Source: Roseibacillus sp. (GTDB lineage Bacteria; Verrucomicrobiota; Verrucomicrobiia; Verrucomicrobiales; Akkermansiaceae). From it: a DNA stretch of 64,000 nucleotides. The notes beneath the pieces were generated by a model. That model was not told the origin of the DNA and did no database searches. It saw nothing but the letters and a program-made list of their open reading frames with translations. The stretch lies in NCBI GenBank assembly GCA_965242925.1, contig CBDEUM010000029.1:224001-288000 (forward strand), read 5' to 3'. The stretch's first letter is position 1. Each line of letters opens with the position of its first letter. The position numbers were made by a program, and so were the translations under genes. This document shows, piece by piece, positions 29,384 to 37,557 of the stretch.

Positions 29384-31132
29384 TCACTTGGAGACCACAA
29401 TGCGCAGGAGGGCGGTCCTGGTGGCGGGGGAAGTGATGGAGGTGTCCTCGACGGTGAGCTGCCATGTGTTCCCCAAGTCATCAATGGCAATCACCGGGGC
29501 GGCCATGGTTCCATCGCCCGTCTCCCAGTAGGTCGTCCAGTTTTGTCCGTCGAGGGAGCTCTGCACCTCGTAGGAGAGATTGGCGGGCTCTTTTTCGTGT
29601 TGGAAGGTGATAGTGGGATGATCGTTGGCGGAGAGACCGGTCCGGAAGTCGAGATCGAGGACGCAGTAGGAAAGTTCGACCGGGAGGACGGTGCTGTCGA
29701 GGTCGCTCACCTCGACGGTGAGGGTGGAGGTTCCGGTGGCCCCGGGAATGGGATTGAGGGTGAGTTCCGTTCCGTTGAGCGAGGCGGTCACAAGGGAAGG
29801 GTTGCTCACTGGACCGAGGCGGTAGGAGAGCAGCTCCTGGAGGCGTCTGGCCTGCACGATCTGGACCAGTTCCCCGACAGCGGGCGTGTTCCCCTCCGGC
29901 TCGGCGGTGGTTGGCCAGTCGGTGAGCGTCTGCTCAGTGTCGTCGACAGTGGCGGAATAATTGCCCCGGGGCCGGGCATGCATGTCAGCCAGGACGGGAA
30001 GCGATCCGGAGGTGGCCCGGCCGAAGACGGTGTATCCGCCATTGGATCCCGGACCATCGAGGGTGGTGTTGTCAATGGTGTTGAAGTAGACTTGGCTTGA
30101 TCCGCTGTTGGGAGCGTTGGTCTTTGCCATGGCGAGGGTGCCGGTCCGATTGGAGAGCCCGGGCTCATCGACCACGTTCGGGTCCGTTACCACCAGGGTG
30201 TAGTCTCCGTTGCCGTCCGGTTTCATGAGGCCGGCCTGGACCACTGCCACGCCGGAGGAGGCCAGGGTCGCCGAGCGATGGAAGATCACCCCGTCGTAAT
30301 CGCCCCGGTCGATATAGTTCAGGAGGTTTTCGATGTGGGCGGGGCAGGCCTCCGGGTAGAGAATGGAGTCGATGTCCCCCAGGTTGGTCTCAAACCGGAT
30401 CGCGATGGGGGTGTCCGGATCGCGGAAGTGCGGGGCCAGATCGTGGCGGATCTGGCCGGAGGGCGGGGCAAGGAAGAGGAAATCCGGCACGGGGGAGTGC
30501 TCCTCCGGTCCCGCGGGGGCGGGCTTGATGCGGAAGGTGACGAAGGTGGTGGCTTCGCTCGTTCCATTGGTGGCGGACACCATGGGGCGGTAGACGCCGG
30601 GAGCAGCGGGGGTTCCCGAGATCACGCCCGTGGTGGGATCAAAATCCCAGCCCGGGGGGAGGTCGGTGACCCCGAAGCTGGAGGCCGTTCCCTCCCCCGG
30701 GGCGGTGTAGATCTGCAGGGCCGGTCCGGTGAGCGGTTCTCCCACGGTGCCTCCGACGAACTGACCGGCTTCGATGGCAAATCCTGAGGGGAGAGTGACT
30801 TCAACCCCCTCGGTCCACTCCGAGTGACCGTCCGGTCTGACGGTCCGCATCCGGAAGGACGCGGTCGTGTTGGGGCTGCCTCCTCTCAGGGAAAGCAATG
30901 TGCTGTTGGCGGGAGCGGTGGCGATGGTGAGCCAGTCCTGTCCCTCGGGCAGGACCTGGAATTCATACTCGGTCTCATCATCGCAGGTGTCCTCCCACGA
31001 GATCTCCAGGGAGGTGGAGGAAAGAAAGGGGATTGCGACCCGGACATTGGCGGGTTCGCACTCTGCGCGGAGAAAACCGCTGGCCAGCATGATCGAGGTG
31101 GTCGCCACCAGGGCGGGGGGCAGGGGGGTCAC
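29384..31132 (-). CDS. Secreted Fn3 + putative Ig (He_PIG) + cyclophilin PPIase multidomain protein
   Basis: ISWED...SEWTE (Fn3); LPPGWDFDPTTGVISGTP (He_PIG); YDGVIFHR, GTLAMAK, NSGSSQ, GYTVFGR (cyclophilin). Start at GTG 31132 is inferred. Confidence 0.82.
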   Translation of the reverse strand: MTPLPPALVATTSIMLASGFLRAECEPANVRVAIPFLSSTSLEISWEDTCDDETEYEFQVLPEGQDWLTIATAPANSTLLSLRGGSPNTTASFRMRTVRPDGHSEWTEGVEVTLPSGFAIEAGQFVGGTVGEPLTGPALQIYTAPGEGTASSFGVTDLPPGWDFDPTTGVISGTPAAPGVYRPMVSATNGTSEATTFVTFRIKPAPAGPEEHSPVPDFLFLAPPSGQIRHDLAPHFRDPDTPIAIRFETNLGDIDSILYPEACPAHIENLLNYIDRGDYDGVIFHRSATLASSGVAVVQAGLMKPDGNGDYTLVVTDPNVVDEPGLSNRTGTLAMAKTNAPNSGSSQVYFNTIDNTTLDGPGSNGGYTVFGRATSGSLPVLADMHARPRGNYSATVDDTEQTLTDWPTTAEPEGNTPAVGELVQIVQARRLQELLSYRLGPVSNPSLVTASLNGTELTLNPIPGATGTSTLTVEVSDLDSTVLPVELSYCVLDLDFRTGLSANDHPTITFQHEKEPANLSYEVQSSLDGQNWTTYWETGDGTMAAPVIAIDDLGNTWQLTVEDTSITSPATRTALLRIVVSK

Positions 31133-31295
31133 GTGGTCTAACAAAGGCGAGAGTTTCGGGTCTGGCAATACCGCTTTTCTGGAACAGAGACCAATTCCTC
31201 CATTCTCCCTGAAGATTGCAGTTGCCAGAAGGGAACGGGATGGAGACGGTACGCGTGCTGTCTTACAGGGGAACGGCAACCACCAGAAAATTCTC

Positions 31296-32045
31296 ATGCC
31301 GAAGGAACACGGGAAGGGCGGGATTGCTCTCTTCGATCTCGATCAGACTCTCATCGCCTGGGACACCCAGCTGCTCTTCTGCAACTGGGTCCTGCGGCGC
31401 GAACCGTTGCGCCGGTTGTACCTCCTGCTCTTCCTGCCCTTTCTGGTTCTGGCCACGGTGCTCGGATCGGAGGGGCTGAAGCGGGTCTTCCTGTCCTTTC
31501 TCTGGCGCATGCCGCGGACGCGGCTGGAGGAACTGGTGGAAGGATTCGTGCGGAGCTGCGTGCCCTCGGAGTTTTACCCCTCCATGCAGGAAGTTCTCGG
31601 GGCGGAGAGGGCCAGGGGCCGCCGTCTCGTGCTGGTCTCGGCCAGTCCCGAGTTCTATGCCCGGCCCCTGGGCGAGGCTCTCGGGTTCGATGCGAGTTAT
31701 GGCACAAGGGTGGAGTTTGAAGACCTGATGCCGCTCTTCCCCGATTTCACCGGAGGGAACAACAAGGGGGAGGTGAAGGTGGCGCGTCTCCTGGAGGAAG
31801 GCGAGATCGCACATGAGGGGATTCAGGAGAACAGCAGCGGATTTTCGGACAGCATGGTGGACCTGCCCATGCTGCGACTCTGTGAGGAAGTAACGGTGGT
31901 CAATCCGGGAGAACGATTGCTTGCCCTCGCCGAGGGGGAGGGCTGGGAGGTGCTACGACCGGAGCGGCCCTTCCTTGGCAGTCGCCAGATGGGCTGGCGA
32001 GGATTGAAGCAGATGGTCGGATTCGATGGCGCCTTCGATGAGTGA
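31296..32045 (+). CDS. HAD-IB family hydrolase
   Basis: FDLDQT, LVSAS, NNKGEVK, FSDSMVDLPML, VVNP. Confidence 0.88.
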   Translation: MPKEHGKGGIALFDLDQTLIAWDTQLLFCNWVLRREPLRRLYLLLFLPFLVLATVLGSEGLKRVFLSFLWRMPRTRLEELVEGFVRSCVPSEFYPSMQEVLGAERARGRRLVLVSASPEFYARPLGEALGFDASYGTRVEFEDLMPLFPDFTGGNNKGEVKVARLLEEGEIAHEGIQENSSGFSDSMVDLPMLRLCEEVTVVNPGERLLALAEGEGWEVLRPERPFLGSRQMGWRGLKQMVGFDGAFDE

Positions 32046-32087
32046 GAAAATCGTTGGGAAATTGGGGAGGATTGGTATAGGGCTCCC

Positions 32088-32205
32088 TTCCAACCGAGAA
32101 CACTAAATCGAAGACGAGCTACCGGCAAGGAGCGTCGGTCGACGCTCAGCGACACGGCTTCCCGCCGCCGGCATCTGCCTCTTGAGGCAGACTTGGCGGT
32201 TTTTT
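32088..32205 (+). ncRNA. Candidate structured leader RNA or sRNA ending in an intrinsic terminator
   Basis: Upstream TTGGGA-16 bp-TATAGG with extended TG; hairpin GAGCGTCG/CGACGCTC (32130-32147); terminator CCGCCGG-CA-TCTGCCTC-TT-GAGGCAGA-C-TTGGCGG-TTTTTT. Confidence 0.45.
32165..32205 (+). terminator. Intrinsic terminator upstream of the ABC operon
   Basis: About 14-bp GC-rich stem followed by T6. Confidence 0.85.
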
Positions 32206-32271
32206 ATTAGTGCTCATAGAGCGGAAAAATCCGCGGGTTGCAGCCATGAACAACACTCATCAGATTGAATC

Positions 32272-33168
32272 ATGCTAAGGAATTTTACCAAGGGTCTTAT
32301 CAGTTGTGGAATAGTGGGCCTCGTCGTGGGCTGTGGAGGGAAGGAAACCAGGGATGGTGCTGAAGAGAGCGCCAAGGTGCTGCGGTTTTCAGCCATCCCG
32401 GATGAGGACACTACCGCACAGAAGGAGCGCTTTCAACCGGTGGCCGACTACCTTTCGCAGGAGCTGGGAATCAAGGTGGAGTTTGTCCCTTCAATCAACT
32501 ATGGTGCATCGGTGGAGAAGTTCGAAAACAACGACATCCAACTGGCCTGGTTCGGAGGGGTAACGGGAGTGCAGGCGATGACGGCGGTTGAGGGAGCGCG
32601 TGCACTGGTTGCCGGAGAAAACGATCTCGCTTTCAAGTCCTACTTCATTGCGAATTCGTCGACCGGGCTGGAGGCGTCGGATGAGTTTCCGGGCGCGATA
32701 GCGAATCTCACCTTCACCTACGGGAGTTCCAGTTCGACGTCAGGCTGTATCATGCCCAGCCACTTCATCATGGAGAATACCGGCAAGGCGCCCCTCGAGT
32801 TCTTCAAGAATAAGCCCGGCTTTTCAGGTGCCCATGACAGGACCGCAATGCAGGTTCAGGATGGGACGTTCCAGGCCGGGGCCCTCAACTACCGCACCTA
32901 CGAGAAGCTGGTTGCAGAGGGAAGACTTGATCCCGAAAAGTGCGTGAAGATCTGGGAGACTCCGCCATACGCGGACTATAACATGACCGCCCACCCGTCT
33001 CTTGAGGAGACCTTCGGGGAGGGGTTCCTCGACAAGCTCCAGGCCGTTCTGGTCGAGTGCGGGGATGAGGCAGCGCTGAAGGCTCTCAATCGGAAGAAGC
33101 TGGTGAAGGTCGATAACGACACCTTTGCAGGCATTGCGACTGTCATGGAGAAAGTGAAGTTCGACTGA
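32272..33168 (+). CDS. PhnD-family ABC substrate-binding lipoprotein ('putative selenate' clade-like)
   Basis: Lipobox LVVGC; FSAIPDED, QLAWFGG, FKSYFIAN, STSG, GAHD, WETPPYADY. Confidence 0.85.
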   Translation: MLRNFTKGLISCGIVGLVVGCGGKETRDGAEESAKVLRFSAIPDEDTTAQKERFQPVADYLSQELGIKVEFVPSINYGASVEKFENNDIQLAWFGGVTGVQAMTAVEGARALVAGENDLAFKSYFIANSSTGLEASDEFPGAIANLTFTYGSSSSTSGCIMPSHFIMENTGKAPLEFFKNKPGFSGAHDRTAMQVQDGTFQAGALNYRTYEKLVAEGRLDPEKCVKIWETPPYADYNMTAHPSLEETFGEGFLDKLQAVLVECGDEAALKALNRKKLVKVDNDTFAGIATVMEKVKFD

Positions 33169-33183
33169 TCCTGCCCCGGTTCC

Positions 33184-33951
33184 ATGGAGATGGTGTTTGA
33201 GCTCGACAATGCGTGCCGGAGCTTTGGCGCGGTGAAGGCGCTTGAAGACATCAATCTCTCGGTTGCAAAAGGTGAGCGAGTTGCGCTCATTGGCGCTTCA
33301 GGGAGCGGGAAGACGACCCTTCTGCGCCTGCTCGGGGCCCAGTTGGCGCCAGACCGGGGATCGGTGCGGGTCCTGGGCTGCGACCCGCTGGGGATGGGCG
33401 AACGGGGCCTGCGCGCCCTTCGTTCGCGCCTGGCGTTCCTTCCGCAGGATCTGGGGCTCGTTTTAAACCTGCGCGTGCTGCAGAACGTGGTGGCAGGTCG
33501 CTGCGGGCGGCGGTCGATTCTCGGAACATTGCGTGATTTGATCTTGCCGGGTCTCGATGTGCGCCGGGAGATCTACGCCCTGCTCGACCGGGTGGGGATT
33601 GGGGAGAAAATGTACGATCGAGTCGACACCCTCTCCGGCGGTCAGCGGCAGAGGGTGGCGGTGGCGCGAGCTCTCTTCCAGGAACCCGTGGCTCTTCTGG
33701 CCGATGAACCGGTATCGGCCGTGGATCCAGCGCGGGCTCGCGATGTCCTCGAATTGCTTGCGCGCTTGTGTGAGGAAGAGGAGTTGACCCTGCTTGTTTC
33801 CATGCATCAGCTCGAACTAGCGAAGGAATTCTTTCCTCGACTGGTCGGCCTGAAGGCGGGCCGCATCGTATTGGACGGCGAACCGTCCGCCCTTGGGGAC
33901 GATAAACTGGACGCTTTGTTCCGACTTGGAGAGGGGGCGGAGGCCTCGTGA
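33184..33951 (+). CDS. PhnC-like ABC ATP-binding protein
   Basis: GASGSGKT, LSGGQRQRV, LADEPVSAVDP, SMHQ. Confidence 0.92.
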   Translation: MEMVFELDNACRSFGAVKALEDINLSVAKGERVALIGASGSGKTTLLRLLGAQLAPDRGSVRVLGCDPLGMGERGLRALRSRLAFLPQDLGLVLNLRVLQNVVAGRCGRRSILGTLRDLILPGLDVRREIYALLDRVGIGEKMYDRVDTLSGGQRQRVAVARALFQEPVALLADEPVSAVDPARARDVLELLARLCEEEELTLLVSMHQLELAKEFFPRLVGLKAGRIVLDGEPSALGDDKLDALFRLGEGAEAS

Positions 33952-35813
33952 AGATACCGGCCAACCTGTGGCTGGGTAAGCGTCTGGTGGTGTTTGCCCT
34001 CGTGTTCGTGTTCGCGGGATGCGCTTTGGTGCTCGGTCCGCGTGTGATCCAGTTGAGAGAGGGCGCCGATCCATTTGCGGAGATCGGGCGCTTTGCTGGA
34101 GCGGCATTTGCACCTTCCCTGGTCGACCAGAATGCATCCCTTCCATCCGACGCGACGCCCTTTCTGGAGCGTCTCGGAGGCAGTATGGGGCGAACCTTCC
34201 GCTACGCCTTGATTGCGATGAGCCTCGCGGTGCCGGCTGGTCTGGTGCTCGGATTCTTCGCCTCCTCGGCGTGGTGGCCGGGGGTAATGACCTATGGACG
34301 GGTCTCAGCGAAGCGGCATATGCTGCGCGGGGCTCTTCGCCTGCTGCGCTGGAGTTGCCGCCTTCTCATCACGCTGGGGCGCTCCATCCATGAACTGGTG
34401 TGGGCCCTGCTCTTCCTTTCGGCGCTCGGGGATGCACCCATTGCGGCCTGTGTGGCCCTCGCCCTTCCCTTTGCGGGAACACTCGGGAAAGTGTTTTCGG
34501 AACTCATCGATGAACAATCGCAGGGCCCGCGGGCTGCTCTCCTGGCCACCGGGGCTTCCCCGCTGCAGGCCTTTGCAGGTGCTCTTTTCCCGCCTGCCCT
34601 TCCCGAGATGCTGACCTACACGGTCTACCGGTTCGAGTGCGCCCTCCGTTCCTCCGCCGTGCTCGGATTTATCGGCGTAGAAACGATCGGGCTGGGCATC
34701 CGCCAGTCCTACGAGAACCTCTTTTATGGTGAAGTGTGGACCCAGCTCTACGCGCTGGTTATTGTTGTTGTAGCGGTTGATGTGGTTGGTGCCCGGTTGC
34801 GGGATCGCCTGAACCGAGGCACCCTGCGGAATCGCGTAGCCGAGACAGCGGGAAAGAGCCTGGAGCGGGCCGAAGAGCTCCTTCGCCGGACGGCCCCGCG
34901 CGATTGGCTCGTGCGGGGTGGGGGGATTGCGGTGGTGATGGTCGTCCTGCTCTCCTGGAATTTCGGGGAGCGACTGGGAACAGATCTCACGCGCGACCAG
35001 CGGACGGAACGTATGGGGCGATTTCTCACCAAGCTCACGCCCGAGCCGGCCCGACCGGATGACAGATTGGCCTCGGGAACAGAACGGGTGGGAGCCCTGT
35101 GGGAGAATTCAGGCGCGGTGGGGGATTGGGCGCGTGATCTCTGGACCCGCAACGGAGCGGAGGCCCTTCTCAATACCGTGGCAATTGCCAGTGCGGCTAT
35201 CGTGCTGGCAGGGATCGGTGCGGCCTTGCTTCTGCCGCTGGGCAGCAGGGCCCTCGCACGGGGAGATCCTTTTGGTGTCCTGGGAACGGCTTCGCGAGGG
35301 GTGCATCTGCTCTGGGCCCTGGTGGGGTTTATGACCCGTGGAGTCTTTGTGCTGGGACGGGCGGTGCCGGAGTATGTCTACGCATTTCTCCTGGTGGGTC
35401 TCCTGGGACCGAGTGCCTGGCCGCTGGTCCTTGCCCTGGCCCTTCATAACCTGGGGATCCTCGGTCGCCTGTGGGGCGAGGTCATGGAAAACCAACGGCC
35501 GGAAGGACCGCGTTACTGGGTTCAGAGCGGGGCAGGGCGCGGCCAGACCTATCTGGGCAGTCTCGCTCCGCTATCCTTCAACCGCTTCCTTCTCTTCTTC
35601 TTCTACCGGTGGGAGACCTGTATCCGGGAAGCCACCATCCTCGGGATGCTTGGGATCTCGTCGCTCGGCTACTACGTCTCGATCTCGCATAACTGGCTTC
35701 GCTACGACCAGATGCTCTTTTATGTCCTGCTGGGAGCGGCGGCTGTCTTTGCAGGGGACCTTCTCTCGGACTGGATGAGACGGAGGCTGCGCGGCACGCC
35801 TGTCAGCCTCTGA
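33948..35813 (+). CDS. PhnE/PtxC-like ABC permease with two fused domains
   Basis: Duplicated motifs: RSIHELVWALLF / RAVPEYVYAFLL and YRFECALRSSAVLG / YRWETCIREATILG; GTGA overlap with the ATPase gene. Confidence 0.9.
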   Translation: MKIPANLWLGKRLVVFALVFVFAGCALVLGPRVIQLREGADPFAEIGRFAGAAFAPSLVDQNASLPSDATPFLERLGGSMGRTFRYALIAMSLAVPAGLVLGFFASSAWWPGVMTYGRVSAKRHMLRGALRLLRWSCRLLITLGRSIHELVWALLFLSALGDAPIAACVALALPFAGTLGKVFSELIDEQSQGPRAALLATGASPLQAFAGALFPPALPEMLTYTVYRFECALRSSAVLGFIGVETIGLGIRQSYENLFYGEVWTQLYALVIVVVAVDVVGARLRDRLNRGTLRNRVAETAGKSLERAEELLRRTAPRDWLVRGGGIAVVMVVLLSWNFGERLGTDLTRDQRTERMGRFLTKLTPEPARPDDRLASGTERVGALWENSGAVGDWARDLWTRNGAEALLNTVAIASAAIVLAGIGAALLLPLGSRALARGDPFGVLGTASRGVHLLWALVGFMTRGVFVLGRAVPEYVYAFLLVGLLGPSAWPLVLALALHNLGILGRLWGEVMENQRPEGPRYWVQSGAGRGQTYLGSLAPLSFNRFLLFFFYRWETCIREATILGMLGISSLGYYVSISHNWLRYDQMLFYVLLGAAAVFAGDLLSDWMRRRLRGTPVSL

Positions 35814-35830
35814 CTGCCCCCCTGATCCCG

Positions 35831-36853
35831 TTAGCCCCGGCTCTCGATCTGTGAAATGGCCCAGGTGGCGTGTTCGGCGATGAGGGGGTCCTCATCCGCG
35901 GCCGCGATATGGAGGGCGGGGAGATCGCGTGCTTCGCCGATGTTCCCCAGGACCACGCAGACGTTGCGGAGAAAGCGGGGACGCTTGATGCGCTTGATGG
36001 GGGACTTTCGGAAAAGACGGCGGAATTCCTCCTCGGAGAGAGCGAGAAAGTCGCGCAGTTCATGCTGGAAGACGTCCTTCCGGGCATGGAAGCGCAGGTC
36101 GCGGCTGGTCTTTGCGAAGCGGTTCCAGGGGCACGCGTCCAGGCAGTCATCACAGCCGTAAAGGCGATTTCCTATCAGGGAGCGCAGTTCCAGTGGGATG
36201 GATCCCTTGTGCTCGATGGTGAGGTAGGAGATGCAACGGGGGGCATCCACGAAATGGGGCCGGGGAATGGCGTTGGTGGGACAGGCGTCCAGGCAGGCGG
36301 TGCACTTTCCGCAATGGTCATTCTCCGGTGGATCGGGTGGGAGAGGAAGGGTGGTGATGAGCTCTGCGAGAAAGAACCAGGCTCCGAGTTTGCGGTGGAT
36401 CTGGACGGTCGATTTTCCGTTCCATCCGAGGCCTGCCTCGGATGCGAAGTCCCGTTCGAGGATCGGTCCGGTGTCGACGTAATAACGCTGCTTCCCGCCC
36501 ATCTCCTGCATGGCCCGGTCGAGAACTGCCAGTTTTTCCTCGATGACATCGTGGTAATCGTCATTCCAGGAATAGCGGGCGATGCGGTAAGCCGGGTTGG
36601 GCTCCTGTGGGCCGGGGTAGTAGTTGAGGGCCAGGCAGACGACTGCCCGGGCACCGGGCAGGATTTGGCGTGGGTCAGTCCGGCGCTCCGGGTTGCGTTC
36701 GAGCCACTTCATGTCCCCCGCCTTGCCCCGGGCCACCCAGGCCAGGAATTCGTCGGCATGCCGGGCCCGTCCAGCGGGCGCCACCCGGCAGTCGTCAAAG
36801 CCGATCCGGGTGGCAATCGACTGCAAGTTGTTTTTGGCGACCAGTGGGTCCAC
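35831..36853 (-). CDS. queG: tRNA epoxyqueuosine(34) reductase
   Basis: IARYSWNDDYH, YVDTGPILER, CGKCTACLDACP, RCISYLTIE, YGCDDCLDACPWN. Confidence 0.96.
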   Translation of the reverse strand: MDPLVAKNNLQSIATRIGFDDCRVAPAGRARHADEFLAWVARGKAGDMKWLERNPERRTDPRQILPGARAVVCLALNYYPGPQEPNPAYRIARYSWNDDYHDVIEEKLAVLDRAMQEMGGKQRYYVDTGPILERDFASEAGLGWNGKSTVQIHRKLGAWFFLAELITTLPLPPDPPENDHCGKCTACLDACPTNAIPRPHFVDAPRCISYLTIEHKGSIPLELRSLIGNRLYGCDDCLDACPWNRFAKTSRDLRFHARKDVFQHELRDFLALSEEEFRRLFRKSPIKRIKRPRFLRNVCVVLGNIGEARDLPALHIAAADEDPLIAEHATWAISQIESRG

Positions 36854-36942
36854 GAGTCCGGGTTTGCAGGCGTTTGGTTAAGAGGGAGCTGAAAGCGTAT
36901 GATGCCCGTGAGCATTGCTCAACACGTGAAAGTAGATCGCAA

Positions 36943-37491
36943 TCACCGGGCGAAGAAGTAGCGGGCGGATTCCACAATCCCGGTGGTGATCTCCGGGAAG
37001 GTGAGGTCATCGGTTTCGATTTCCTGGTGAGCGGTGCCGCGGTAGAGTTCGCAGCGCTCCTTGAGCAGGCGGCCGATGGTCCCCTTCTGGTCCTCGTTAT
37101 TGAGGAGGGGGCGATCCCTGTTCTTGCCCGTGCGCCTCATGATTTCCCCGGCCGAAACCACCAGCCAGACCACGAAACCCAGTCGGCGCAGGATTTCCCG
37201 GTTTTCGGGGCGAACGATAACACCCCCACCGGTGGCGATGATGCGACGGGTGGGCAGGGATTCTTCGAGTTTGCGCAGAATGGCCGATTCCAGGTCCCTG
37301 AAGGCGTCCTCGCCCTCATCCTCGAATATTTTCCGGATTGGTTTGCCCGCCTGCTTGACGATCAGGACATCGGTATCGACCACGGGATATCCGAGGGTAT
37401 GGGAGAGTTCCCGGGCAATAGAGGACTTTCCGGAGCCCATGAAGCCGATCAGGACGATGTTTTTTGGTGGAGACGGGGATTCGGCTGCCAT
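36943..37491 (-). CDS. aroK: Shikimate kinase
   Basis: IVLIGFMGSGKS, GEDAFRDLE, IATGGG, RPLL. Confidence 0.95.
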   Translation of the reverse strand: MAAESPSPPKNIVLIGFMGSGKSSIARELSHTLGYPVVDTDVLIVKQAGKPIRKIFEDEGEDAFRDLESAILRKLEESLPTRRIIATGGGVIVRPENREILRRLGFVVWLVVSAGEIMRRTGKNRDRPLLNNEDQKGTIGRLLKERCELYRGTAHQEIETDDLTFPEITTGIVESARYFFAR

Positions 37492-37557
37492 GGAGGCAGG
37501 AGTTTAGGGCCGAAATTCTAAATTCTAAACCCTAAGTGTTATTTGTTACAGCGGGGC

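Noticed and set aside
32088..32205. Known RNA classes (SRP, TPP, SAM, guanidine-I/II/III, ZTP, cobalamin) for the structured leader
   Set aside because: Their hallmark sequences are not recognisable by eye; left unassigned pending cmscan.
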